Virus record (IMG/VR): IMGVR_UViG_3300022925_000007
DNA length: 64,000 nt
Source: an uncultured virus (IMG/VR IMGVR_UViG_3300022925_000007)
Lineage: Duplodnaviria; Heunggongvirae; Uroviricota; Caudoviricetes
Direction: 5' to 3' (one strand)
This document shows, piece after piece, positions 48,633 through 57,860 of the stretch; the stretch's first letter is position 1; every line of letters begins with the position of its first letter. The position numbers were made by a program, and so were the translations under genes. Under the pieces are notes generated by a model, which ran no database searches, had not been told where the DNA came from, and was given only the letters and a program-made list of their open reading frames with translations.

Positions 48633-49376
48633 ATGATAATACACTGGAAGGGTAAAATAGGATACGGCGACTTCATGTCGCCGCTCCTTTATGCGTATAA
48701 CGAGAGCGTGCGTCAGAATACGCAAGTTGATCTTATTTACCTTTTCGAAACCAGCGAGGGGCATAAGTATAAACCCCAAGACCCCGAAACGCTGACGGAA
48801 AGAATCAAGTTTGTCGATGCCCACACGTTTAAAGGCGATATATCCAAGCGTGTGAATGTTGAGTTTGAATATGGTGTGGCGATGCCCCAGGAATTCAATC
48901 ACACCAACTACCACGATACCAACACCGGACTTCATAACCTGCGCTTCAGCGATACATACCGTTGGTCAAAAGGGGAGGGCAGTCACGTAGCAGTTATCAG
49001 TACCGTAAAGAACAAGGAACCGTTTCCTGAGTACAAAGCATGGAAGGATCCGCTACAGGGAAGATGGAAGGAAAGACTTCCAATGATATCCAATAGCATG
49101 CTAATAGATTATGAGACGCCGATCGAAACTGCTTGTCAATTATTGTCCACCGCCAAGTATGCTATCACGTATCACGGCAGTGCTGCTTGGTTGTGTAAAT
49201 GGATTGGCGTGCCCATGATAGTTGTGACGGGCAACCCTGATTGGAGCAAAACTGTATTTCCTTGGTGTGTGACAACGAATGACGTGACATATGATATGTC
49301 ATCCTTAGCGAAGCAGAGTTTAGATATGTTAAGTAATGCTGAGAACGCACTAATGGATTATCTGAAATGTCTATGA
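48633..49376 (+). CDS. Putative GT-B glycosyltransferase
   Basis: GYGD N-terminal motif; ITYHGSAAWL...GVPMIV. Confidence 0.5.
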   Translation: MIIHWKGKIGYGDFMSPLLYAYNESVRQNTQVDLIYLFETSEGHKYKPQDPETLTERIKFVDAHTFKGDISKRVNVEFEYGVAMPQEFNHTNYHDTNTGLHNLRFSDTYRWSKGEGSHVAVISTVKNKEPFPEYKAWKDPLQGRWKERLPMISNSMLIDYETPIETACQLLSTAKYAITYHGSAAWLCKWIGVPMIVVTGNPDWSKTVFPWCVTTNDVTYDMSSLAKQSLDMLSNAENALMDYLKCL

Positions 49377-50032
49377 ATGTTTATGTTGGATATGATCCAA
49401 GAGAAGAAGAAGCATACAAAACCTGCGTTCACTCGATTAAAATGCAGTCGACTGTTGAAGTGCACAAGTTGTACAGTGAAGACATGCCTTGCTACTCCAG
49501 AAACTTGGGCGAACCGCAGTCGACCGACTTTACCTTCACTAGATTCTTGGTTCCGCACCTCTCAGGGTTTCAGGGATATTCATTGTTTTGCGATTGTGAC
49601 TTTCTGTTTCTCGCTGACCCATTAGAACTCATGAAGTATGTAACTATGGATAAGGCAGTTTATGTCGTAAAGCATCCAAGGTACATACCCAACTCGCAAA
49701 AGAAAATGGACGACATACAGCAAAACGTCTACTGGCGAAAGAACTGGTCGAGTCTAATGCTTTTCGATAACTCTCACCCTGCGCTTCGTAAGTTATCGCC
49801 TGAGTATATCAACGAGGGTTACTGTACCGGACTTGAACTTCATCAGTTCAACTGGTTACCTGATGACCTCATAGGCGAACTGCCCCTAGATTGGAATTGC
49901 CTTGACGAGTATTACTACCTTGAGAACCCGAAGGCGATACACTATACCGATGGCGGACCGTGGTTCGAAACCCGCCAAAATACCCCATATGCCTCCTTAT
50001 GGAGGAGGTTGCACGCCGAGGTCCCTCGCTAA
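49367..50032 (+). CDS. GT-A glycosyltransferase (GT8-like)
   Basis: STDFTFTRF, DCD, RKNWSS, WN, HYTDGGPW. Confidence 0.85.
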   Translation: MSMNVYVGYDPREEEAYKTCVHSIKMQSTVEVHKLYSEDMPCYSRNLGEPQSTDFTFTRFLVPHLSGFQGYSLFCDCDFLFLADPLELMKYVTMDKAVYVVKHPRYIPNSQKKMDDIQQNVYWRKNWSSLMLFDNSHPALRKLSPEYINEGYCTGLELHQFNWLPDDLIGELPLDWNCLDEYYYLENPKAIHYTDGGPWFETRQNTPYASLWRRLHAEVPR

Positions 50033-50090
50033 GTCCTTGATTTTGCTAGGTTTTTTTATGCTTTACTTTGACCCCGTTTTACGTCATAAT
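50030..50090 (+). promoter_or_regulatory. Early promoter cassette, copy 6
   Basis: TAAGTCCTTGATT; TTTACT 50062; CATAAT 50085. Confidence 0.85.
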
Positions 50091-50122
50091 AGTATCATAA
50101 ATTGGTTAAAGGGAATCGTAAT

Positions 50123-50356
50123 ATGTTATCAAATTTTGTAGTGAATACCCCTGTGAGCGCGTACCCCTGTCAGGTCGAGTTCGACCGATACTTTCTGAGT
50201 GGTACTCTGGAAGGCACCACCCACACTGACAAGATGGGTTTCATGTCCTGGGACGATGCCTGCACTTGGGCAGGACTCGTTACCAAGAATGTAAATGTGG
50301 ATTACGTGGTACTTGAAATGCGTGATCTTAACACTGGCGCTCTGGAGAACTTCTAA
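50123..50356 (+). CDS. Hypothetical early protein
   Basis: Follows cassette 6; coupled to the next gene. Confidence 0.6.
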   Translation: MLSNFVVNTPVSAYPCQVEFDRYFLSGTLEGTTHTDKMGFMSWDDACTWAGLVTKNVNVDYVVLEMRDLNTGALENF

Positions 50357-50715
50357 TGACCGATCAAATGAATGAAGCACTGGACAACCTCGTAGACTGG
50401 ATCGTTGACGACTTTGCTCGTCGTGCGCGACCTAATCCAGAGGACAGAAGTCAAGTTGACCTGTTTCACGCTGGCATCGACTTTGAAGAAGGTCGAAAGT
50501 ACATCAAGGTGACCAAAAAGTTGGGCAACCAAAAGATGGTTTGGGGTTTCATCGTCAAGGAAGACGAACCAAAGAAGGAAGGGAAGTGGGACTTCAAGGC
50601 AGGAGATATCCTCAAGGCAGCAACTTGGTCGGCACCTGCTCGCAACAAACCACGAGGCAACATCCTTCAGGGTGACTTCTCATGGGTACGCTGGACTGGT
50701 CCAGAGTACCTGTAA
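50356..50715 (+). CDS. Conserved hypothetical phage protein
   Basis: GRKYIKV, GDILKAATWSAPA, WTGPEYL. Confidence 0.75.
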   Translation: MTDQMNEALDNLVDWIVDDFARRARPNPEDRSQVDLFHAGIDFEEGRKYIKVTKKLGNQKMVWGFIVKEDEPKKEGKWDFKAGDILKAATWSAPARNKPRGNILQGDFSWVRWTGPEYL

Positions 50716-50948
50716 TGAAGATATTGAAGGAGATAACTGTGTGGGATCGGTGTGAATACGCTGTTCCCAATCACACGTATGCGCTCAACGATCAAGGTAA
50801 GATGGTTGCGTATCGTAAGGAGGGTGGCACTTGGGAGTTCATGAGTTCACCCAGATTTTTTCAACGCACGCGGCGAAAGTTCGTGACGCTCAAACCTGAG
50901 AAGAGCGAAGTCGCCGCTGAATTTATGAGGTTACTCGATGCCGTTTAA
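50715..50948 (+). CDS. Hypothetical protein
   Basis: EITVW...PNHTY...RRKF; TAATG coupling. Confidence 0.65.
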   Translation: MKILKEITVWDRCEYAVPNHTYALNDQGKMVAYRKEGGTWEFMSSPRFFQRTRRKFVTLKPEKSEVAAEFMRLLDAV

Positions 50949-51612
50949 ACTGAATCTCATCACAGAGATTCCCAAACTGAAGCGTGTCAATATCAACGGA
51001 AAGCGTCACTATGTGATCGAGGGGGAGGAGCATCCAGTTCCTTTCCCTTCAGTCACGTCAGTCCTTGGGGCAGACAAGGCAAAGAAGAAGGCACTACATG
51101 AGTGGCGGCGAAGGGTAGGCGAGGAGACGGCAAATAAGATTTCCCGTCAAGCGGCAGGGCGAGGTACTGCCGCCCACCTGCTCATCGAGGACTACGTGCA
51201 GGGTAAGGAGTTGAGGAATGATAACCCAATGCACCTTGACCTCTTCAGTCGCCTCCGCAAGGTCGCTGACGACCACATAGATAACGTGCGTATGATCGAG
51301 GGGCAAATGTACTCGAAGCACCTGCGCGCAGCAGGGACGGTGGATATGATCGCTGAGTTTGACGGTAAACTATCAGTCATCGACTGGAAGACCGCCAAGA
51401 AAGCAAAGGGGCGTAGCAGAATCGAGTCCTACTTCGTTCAGGAGTCGGCGTATGCGGTTATGTTCGAGGAGGTGACAGGCATACCTGTAGCAAACCTAGT
51501 CACGGTCATCACGACCGAGGAAGGCGAGACACAGGTCTTTCAGGAGCGCAGGGACGACTGGATAGGTCGCTTCCTTGAACTCCGCGAGGAATATGATAGG
51601 CAGAATTCTTGA
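50938..51612 (+). CDS. PD-(D/E)XK exonuclease
   Basis: PSVTSVL, RGT..H, GTVD, IDWKT, QESAY. Confidence 0.88.
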   Translation: MPFKLNLITEIPKLKRVNINGKRHYVIEGEEHPVPFPSVTSVLGADKAKKKALHEWRRRVGEETANKISRQAAGRGTAAHLLIEDYVQGKELRNDNPMHLDLFSRLRKVADDHIDNVRMIEGQMYSKHLRAAGTVDMIAEFDGKLSVIDWKTAKKAKGRSRIESYFVQESAYAVMFEEVTGIPVANLVTVITTEEGETQVFQERRDDWIGRFLELREEYDRQNS

Positions 51613-51621
51613 GGTATTGAT

Positions 51622-51876
51622 ATGTTCAGCACTTCTTTTGTATCTTTCAATTATTTTTTGTATGCGATAGGCGCATGGGCAACGGGTTCGACGACATGGA
51701 TCTTGCCTCTGAATCAATGGGCACCAGAACCCACGGTTGTTATACTCGTGTTATTCAATATGGTTGCACTAGTCTTTTATGCGATATTCAGTTGGATTAG
51801 TCGCACGTTGGTTGGTGTCATAAACTTGATGTTGGTCGCGTTATCTACTTACTTGATATTTGGATCTTTATTATGA
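51622..51876 (+). CDS. Membrane protein
   Basis: Three hydrophobic segments; GAGG SD. Confidence 0.6.
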   Translation: MFSTSFVSFNYFLYAIGAWATGSTTWILPLNQWAPEPTVVILVLFNMVALVFYAIFSWISRTLVGVINLMLVALSTYLIFGSLL

Positions 51877-52304
51877 AACAGAAATTAAACTTATGTTTGC
51901 CAGACCGCCCACGTTATCTGAGCGACTTCGCCATCAAAGCATGCTTCTACCTTGACCTCTTCAGGTATGACGCCGAAATCATCATAGACGTGAAGCGAAG
52001 TCTTGACGATGAGTGCTACGGTAGTTGCGTTGGGGATAGGAAGAACGTTCAGATTGAACTGGCGGTAAGGTCTTTCGGCGAGTTAGTGGACAAAGAGACG
52101 CGCCTGCGCACGTGTGCGCACGAGCTCGTACACGCGAAGCAATATCTTAGCGGCAAGTTAAGAGACGTCGAGAAGGGTAATGGGTACGAGGTAATCTGGG
52201 GTAAGAATATATATAAGTGGCGAAGCAATATGGCGCTTGCCCGTCAACCTTGGGAAGCAGAAGCATACTCCCTAGAAAATGAAATTTATGAAGCGTGTAG
52301 GTAA
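51873..52304 (+). CDS. HExxH metallopeptidase-like protein
   Basis: AHELVHAKQ...PWEAEAY. Confidence 0.78.
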   Translation: MKQKLNLCLPDRPRYLSDFAIKACFYLDLFRYDAEIIIDVKRSLDDECYGSCVGDRKNVQIELAVRSFGELVDKETRLRTCAHELVHAKQYLSGKLRDVEKGNGYEVIWGKNIYKWRSNMALARQPWEAEAYSLENEIYEACR

Positions 52305-52436
52305 GAATTATGACTAGCGAAGATTTAGAATTCTACCCTTGGGTAGAAGATAAGTACTCCCGTAAGATTCGGAAGTGGATAATCGTTGCTGCCGTTTGTG
52401 GCATATCGGGCATCGCTGTATTCGTTTGGGGATTGT

Positions 52437-52444
52437 TATAAATA
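52437..52444 (+). promoter_or_regulatory. Late promoter TATAAATA
   Basis: Exact consensus at the start of a late cluster. Confidence 0.8.
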
Positions 52445-52474
52445 GAAGTACAACACAATTCTTGAGCAATATTA

Positions 52475-53254
52475 ATGGCCCAGTTCAATAAAGATAAAAA
52501 TCAATTACTGTCCAACAACGGAACCTTATACGAAGTTGTCATGCTTGGTGATAAAGACGGCAACATCATCAACTCGTTTGGTTCAGCATCTAATATTCCG
52601 ATTGCTGCTGGCGAAGTAGATGGTTATTCTCATATCAACAAGTTCGGTTATACTGGCACAGATCAGAACGGAACTGCCACAGTTTGGGATGCAAACAACA
52701 CCACTGCGATCTATCCTTATCCTGCTGCTGGAGTTGTAACGATGACTTCTACTGCTGGTGGGGATACAGGAGCAGAAGTAGAGATTCAAGGACTCGATGG
52801 CGACTATAACCAAGTTACAGAAAATGTCAATATCGGTTCGACTGGTGCGGTGACGTTTTCTCGTATCTTTCGTGCACGTATGACTAGTGTGAGCAATGCT
52901 GGTGATGTTACAATTAATCAAGGCGGTAATCTAGCAGCAAAGATTCTTACTGGAAACGGGCAGACTCTTATGGCAGTCTACACGATCCCTGCTGGCAAGA
53001 CTGGATACCTGTTGAAGTTTCAGGGAAGCATGGACAAGTCAAATGCTCCAGTAAAGTTTAAGTTGTTTGCAAGACCATTTGGAAGCGGTTTCAATCTGAA
53101 GGGGCAGTGGGGCACACAAGGTGGTAACTCAGTAGACTATGATTATCCTGTGCCTCTGGTATTTGCTGAAAAAACCGACCTGAGAGTCGATGTTGAGACA
53201 AGCGGCACCTGTGGTAATGGTGCAATCTTTGATTTAATCTTGGTAGATAACTAA
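52475..53254 (+). CDS. Putative virion structural protein
   Basis: Late promoter; G/T/N-rich beta composition. Confidence 0.6.
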   Translation: MAQFNKDKNQLLSNNGTLYEVVMLGDKDGNIINSFGSASNIPIAAGEVDGYSHINKFGYTGTDQNGTATVWDANNTTAIYPYPAAGVVTMTSTAGGDTGAEVEIQGLDGDYNQVTENVNIGSTGAVTFSRIFRARMTSVSNAGDVTINQGGNLAAKILTGNGQTLMAVYTIPAGKTGYLLKFQGSMDKSNAPVKFKLFARPFGSGFNLKGQWGTQGGNSVDYDYPVPLVFAEKTDLRVDVETSGTCGNGAIFDLILVDN

Positions 53255-53263
53255 GGAAGAAAG

Positions 53264-53491
53264 ATGTCCTGGCAAAGCATACCAAACAATCCTAACTGGG
53301 AATATCAGAATAGTCCACCCGATCCTGGGGCAGGAAGTCCTCTACGACCGCTGTGGTTAAAACAGACTGGAGGCGTGCGCACTGACGGAACGCATCAGGT
53401 GTATACGCAGGTGCGCAGAATACCGAAGGACGCTGGTGATGCTAACGCAAACCGTGGCGAACTGAGTAAGACATACTGGGATAATAAGTAA
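53264..53491 (+). CDS. Hypothetical late protein
   Basis: AAGGA SD. Confidence 0.6.
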   Translation: MSWQSIPNNPNWEYQNSPPDPGAGSPLRPLWLKQTGGVRTDGTHQVYTQVRRIPKDAGDANANRGELSKTYWDNK

Positions 53492-53694
53492 TGGCATTGG
53501 TATTACTCGACTCGTCTGATAATTTTAATCAGTTCATTGACAAGTTCAACAATATGTCAACATTGTCTGGCGACGCTGACTTACTGAGCATCGCCAATCT
53601 GGTTGAACGAGTAAACAATTTAGATAGTGACGTTGACAATAATTTGACAGGACGCTTGATTGACATATATGATTCTGCTGGCAATTTGATATGA
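53491..53694 (+). CDS. Hypothetical late protein
   Basis: Coupled at both ends. Confidence 0.55.
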   Translation: MALVLLDSSDNFNQFIDKFNNMSTLSGDADLLSIANLVERVNNLDSDVDNNLTGRLIDIYDSAGNLI

Positions 53695-54920
53695 TAAATT
53701 TTTCTGAATTCATTACAGAGCAAAAGAACACTCACATGACACACATCGAGGACAAGGTTCTCTATGGCGGTGTCAGCGGTACACGTGAGGCGATCAATGC
53801 TCTACGGGAACTACGTGACGTCTTGAAAGGCGAACGTGCTAGTGACGTATCAGTAAAGTGGGACGGTGCCCCTGCTATCTTTGCGGGGATCGATCCGACT
53901 GACGGTCAGTTCTTCGTAGCAAAGAAAGGCATATTCAATAAGAACCCCAAGGTCTATAAGACAAAAGCAGACGTTGATGCTGATACGTCCGGAGACCTGA
54001 ATACCAAACTCAACGCTGCCCTCGAAGAACTCCCTGCGCTTGGCATTAAAGGTGTCATTCAGGGAGACTTCTTGTTTGGTCCTGGGGATATTTCAACTAA
54101 AAAGATAAGCGGAGAAAGTTATGTTACTTTCCACCCTAATACTATTGTCTATGCTATTCCTTCTAAGAGCAATGCCGCTAAGCAAGTTCGCTCGGCACGC
54201 ATCGGCATTGTATGGCATACCACTTACAAAGGCAAGAGCTTCGAATCAATGAAAGCGTCCTATGGTGTTGACGTGAGCAAACTCAAAAGCAGTAAAAAGG
54301 TTTGGTCACAAGATGCTATGCTACGCGACCTTTCAGTTGCTACTTTTAACAAAAGGGAAACCAAAGCAGTTGACGAAAAGTTGTCGCAGATAGGCAAGTT
54401 GTTCAATAAAGTATCCGGTTCTACTCTTCGCGAACTTGAGGGGAATCAGCAACTTGCTCAAATGATCGAGCAGTTCAATAACACGTATGTTCGCAGGGGG
54501 CAGGTCATCGGCGATACCAAAAAGCATACTTCTGCACTCCTTCGTTGGGTGAAGGACAAGTACAAAGCAGAGGCAGCAAAACGCAAGACCGATAAAGGGC
54601 AACAAGCGCAGATACAAAAAATGCAGGAGATATTGAAATTCTTCTCGCCCACCAATCGTGCTTCGTTAGAGAATATGTTCGAGTTACAGAAACTCATCGT
54701 TGAGGTTAAACTCAAACTCATTGGTAAACTAAATCAACTGTCAAATATCGATACCTTCGTACGGACTAGTCAAGGTTACAAGGTAACTGGCGCCGAAGGT
54801 TTCGTAGCGATTGATAAGTTGAAGGGCGACGCGGTTAAACTGGTTGACCGCATGGAGTTTTCATACAATAACTTCTCGCCAGATATACTGAAAGGGTGGC
54901 AGTCATCATCTAGAAATTAA
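53691..54920 (+). CDS. DUF6267-like protein with RNA-ligase-type nucleotidyltransferase motifs
   Basis: SVKWDG, IQGDF, EGFVA, VKLV; N-terminus MINFSEFITE. Confidence 0.65.
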   Translation: MINFSEFITEQKNTHMTHIEDKVLYGGVSGTREAINALRELRDVLKGERASDVSVKWDGAPAIFAGIDPTDGQFFVAKKGIFNKNPKVYKTKADVDADTSGDLNTKLNAALEELPALGIKGVIQGDFLFGPGDISTKKISGESYVTFHPNTIVYAIPSKSNAAKQVRSARIGIVWHTTYKGKSFESMKASYGVDVSKLKSSKKVWSQDAMLRDLSVATFNKRETKAVDEKLSQIGKLFNKVSGSTLRELEGNQQLAQMIEQFNNTYVRRGQVIGDTKKHTSALLRWVKDKYKAEAAKRKTDKGQQAQIQKMQEILKFFSPTNRASLENMFELQKLIVEVKLKLIGKLNQLSNIDTFVRTSQGYKVTGAEGFVAIDKLKGDAVKLVDRMEFSYNNFSPDILKGWQSSSRN

Positions 54921-54924
54921 AAGG

Positions 54925-54932
54925 TATAAATA
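54925..54932 (+). promoter_or_regulatory. Late promoter TATAAATA
   Basis: Exact consensus, intergenic. Confidence 0.8.
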
Positions 54933-54978
54933 TATCCAGTTGACTAATTATATTACATGGGAATTACGAGGAAAAGAG

Positions 54979-55323
54979 TTGTTAAGTTTTAAAGAATTCA
55001 CTGAAGATCTTAGTGTTGCCCAGCGCAGAAAAGCAGGAAGAATGCTCAAGCGCAAGAAGGCAGTCATGAAGATGGCGCGTAGACGTGCTCTGAGAAGGAC
55101 GGCGGATAAAAAAACGCTACAGAGGCGTGCGCGCAAACAAGCGAGAGGCGAAATCTTTCGCAAGTTATCCAAAGGCAAGTCTGCCAGTCAGTTACCCATC
55201 GTCAGAAGAATGGCAATTCAAAAACGCCTGAAGCGTCTTAACAAACGCATAGGAATTCTCACGAGACGTAAGATTCCAATCGCTCGTAGAATGGACGCTC
55301 GGCGCAAGATAGGTGGTAAGTGA
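54979..55323 (+). CDS. Highly basic Arg/Lys-rich putative internal head protein
   Basis: GAGGA SD before TTG; MLSFKEFTE followed by an R/K-rich body. Confidence 0.65.
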   Translation: MLSFKEFTEDLSVAQRRKAGRMLKRKKAVMKMARRRALRRTADKKTLQRRARKQARGEIFRKLSKGKSASQLPIVRRMAIQKRLKRLNKRIGILTRRKIPIARRMDARRKIGGK

Positions 55324-56708
55324 TGATTAGTTCATTCAGTCAGTATCTTGTCGAGGAGCAGAAGACTGCTTATTTTACCTTTGGTCGCATGAATCCTCCG
55401 ACTATCGGACACGGCAAACTCCTGGACAAGCTCTCTTCTGCTGCCGGAAAGAATCCATACTTCGTATACCTTTCGCAGTCGCAAAGCGAGAAGAAGGATC
55501 CACTATCCTACTCTGATAAAGTAAAGCATGCGCGTAAAATGTTCCCGAAGCATGCGCGATCTATTCTAATCAATAAGTCTATCAAGACAGCGATAGATGT
55601 ATTGGTCGATCTGTATGGCAAAGGATTCAACAACGTGGTCATGGTTGTTGGTTCTGATCGAATCAATGAATTCGATATTCTTCTAAACAAGTACAATAAT
55701 AAGAAGGCGCGGCACGGGTTCTATAACTTCGAAACGATCAAGATTGTATCTGCCGGTGACCGCGACCCTGACGCTGAAGGTGTCGAGGGTATGTCTGCCT
55801 CTAAGCAAAGAGAAAATGCAGCGAACAATGACTTCACTTCATTTACTCAAGGATTGCCTAAGCAGATGAACAACCGCGATGCGCGAAAGTTGTTCAACGA
55901 TGTTCGTAAAGGTATGGGTCTATCGGAGCAGAACTCCTTTAAGAATCATATTGCTCTTTCCCCAGTATCAGAAGAACGCGAAGAATATATCAAGGGCGAA
56001 CTCTTTGACCTTGGCGATACTGTAGCAGTCAAGGAGAGCGGTCAGATAGGCACTATCACTCACCTCGGCAGCAACTATGTTATCGTAGAGTTTTCTGAGG
56101 ATAACTTTGCGCGCAAGTGGATCAAGGACGTAGAGAAAGTCGAAGAACAATGCTGGGACGGTTACACACAAAAGGGGATGAAGAAGAAAGGCGATAAGGT
56201 AGTCCCCAACTGCGTACCAGTAAAAGAAAAAGAAGATCCAGATATCGGCGATAAGAAGGGTTCGCAACCTGCCAAGTATCATACAGGATTATCCAAGTCT
56301 ACTAAGTCAAAGCGTGACGCGCACTTTAAGAAAGGTGCGAAGATGGATGACGATAACCCAGCAGCATATAAACCTGCTCCTGGTGATAAAGGATCGGATA
56401 CCAAACCGTCAAAGTATACCAATAAATTCAAGCAGATGTACGGCGAGGAGTTTAAGCGCAAGGATACTCCTTTCTATATCAGCGAAAATGCCAAAGCAGC
56501 GATCGAGAAGAAGGCGAAGAAAACAGGTTGGTCTTATTCTGTCTTAAAGAAAGTATACGATCGAGGCGTCGCGGCATGGCGCACAGGGCATCGCCCAGGA
56601 ACAACTCCTCAGCAGTGGGGACTTGCACGTGTAAACTCATTTGTCACTGGTGGTAAAACCACTAAGACCGCTGACAAAGATTTACACAGCAAAGGTAAAT
56701 CAGGATGA
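55320..56708 (+). CDS. Cytidylyltransferase-like (HIGH) domain protein with appended modules
   Basis: FGRMNPPTIGH, VGSDR, MSAS; C-terminal QQWGLARVNSF module. Confidence 0.8.
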   Translation: MMISSFSQYLVEEQKTAYFTFGRMNPPTIGHGKLLDKLSSAAGKNPYFVYLSQSQSEKKDPLSYSDKVKHARKMFPKHARSILINKSIKTAIDVLVDLYGKGFNNVVMVVGSDRINEFDILLNKYNNKKARHGFYNFETIKIVSAGDRDPDAEGVEGMSASKQRENAANNDFTSFTQGLPKQMNNRDARKLFNDVRKGMGLSEQNSFKNHIALSPVSEEREEYIKGELFDLGDTVAVKESGQIGTITHLGSNYVIVEFSEDNFARKWIKDVEKVEEQCWDGYTQKGMKKKGDKVVPNCVPVKEKEDPDIGDKKGSQPAKYHTGLSKSTKSKRDAHFKKGAKMDDDNPAAYKPAPGDKGSDTKPSKYTNKFKQMYGEEFKRKDTPFYISENAKAAIEKKAKKTGWSYSVLKKVYDRGVAAWRTGHRPGTTPQQWGLARVNSFVTGGKTTKTADKDLHSKGKSG

Positions 56709-57313
56709 GTGATAAATACTCAACAGACAAACACGAATGGGGAACCGACGCGGGAACCAAACTGGCCAAGGATATGACTCCAGGAGAAAATAAAAAAATG
56801 AAAAGGTTTAAAGAATTCGCGCAAAGTGCTGATAAAGTTCCGCAGAATTATCGCGATCCAGAAACAGGCAAAACTAAAGTTCGAATGGTTCCCAAAGACA
56901 AAGAAATCATTAAAAAAGAAGAAGTCGAACTTGATGAAGGCGCAGTTATTTCTACCACTGTTCGTAAAGAAATAATGAAGAATGGCGGTAAAAATGTCGG
57001 TCAAAATAATAAAGAAATTTATTTTACACTGAAAGGTAAGAAACATTCGGTGCCACTTTACAAAAACTTTGTTTCTGATAAAGACTACATGAAACTGCAG
57101 GATACTTTAAATGAAGAAGTCGAACTTGAAGAGAAGGCAGTATCACAAGCACAACAAAAATTCTTCGGCATGGTTCGTGCTAAGCAAAAGGGTGAGATGG
57201 ATAATGCGTCTCCAGCAGTAGCAAAGGCAGCGAAGTCCATGAGCAAGAAAGACGTCAAAGATTTTGCTGCTACCAAGCACAAAGGTTTGCCTAAAAAGAA
57301 AGATGAAGATTAA
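56705..57313 (+). CDS. Modular putative internal head protein
   Basis: MKRFKEF, two EEVEL[D/E]E repeats, AVSQAQQKFFGMV...ATKHKGLP module. Confidence 0.65.
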   Translation: MSDKYSTDKHEWGTDAGTKLAKDMTPGENKKMKRFKEFAQSADKVPQNYRDPETGKTKVRMVPKDKEIIKKEEVELDEGAVISTTVRKEIMKNGGKNVGQNNKEIYFTLKGKKHSVPLYKNFVSDKDYMKLQDTLNEEVELEEKAVSQAQQKFFGMVRAKQKGEMDNASPAVAKAAKSMSKKDVKDFAATKHKGLPKKKDED

Positions 57314-57854
57314 GTCCTTCAACAATCACGTTATCTCTGAAGATATACGTTATCACGTAGAGAATGATGTTCCTCTTGGGGAACTGTACCGCATAGGTTC
57401 AGAGTCATACTACAGAGTATATCGTGAGGCGCGCAAACTGAATAACGAAGGCGTGGTAGAGCTCGATGGTCTGACAAAGAAAATAATTGAGGAGTCAGAT
57501 ATTGGTGAGTTTGGTTTGTACGAAGGCGTTAATGTCCCGCTAGATTCGCCCATGTTAGTTGAGGCAGAGAAAGCAGGTAGAGATGTAGAGTTAAACAAAC
57601 CCAAGGCAGGCGGTCCTAAGAAATACTATGTTTATGTGAAGGACCCCTCAACAGGCAACGTAAAGAAAGTTTCATGGGGCGACACCTCGGGATTGAAAAT
57701 TAAATTGAACGACCCAGAAGCAAGAAAGAGTTTTGCGGCGAGGCATAAGTGCGACACCCGCAAAGATAAAACCAAAGCATCGTACTGGGCATGTCGCATG
57801 CCATACTTTGCTAAACAACTAGGACTTTCAGGAGGCGGGAATTATTTCTGGTAA
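57303..57854 (+). CDS. Conserved hypothetical late protein
   Basis: KKYYVYVK, RKSFAARHKC, YWAC. Confidence 0.75.
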   Translation: MKIKSFNNHVISEDIRYHVENDVPLGELYRIGSESYYRVYREARKLNNEGVVELDGLTKKIIEESDIGEFGLYEGVNVPLDSPMLVEAEKAGRDVELNKPKAGGPKKYYVYVKDPSTGNVKKVSWGDTSGLKIKLNDPEARKSFAARHKCDTRKDKTKASYWACRMPYFAKQLGLSGGGNYFW

Positions 57855-57860
57855 TCGCTT

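Noticed and set aside
22783..50110. Repeats as a CRISPR array or IS ends
   Set aside because: Copies are dispersed over kilobases, degenerate and have -35/-10 architecture; no cas or transposase gene seen
50938..51612. Cas4 / CRISPR adaptation gene
   Set aside because: Lacks the Fe-S cysteines and has no array; fits an ordinary phage PD-(D/E)XK exonuclease
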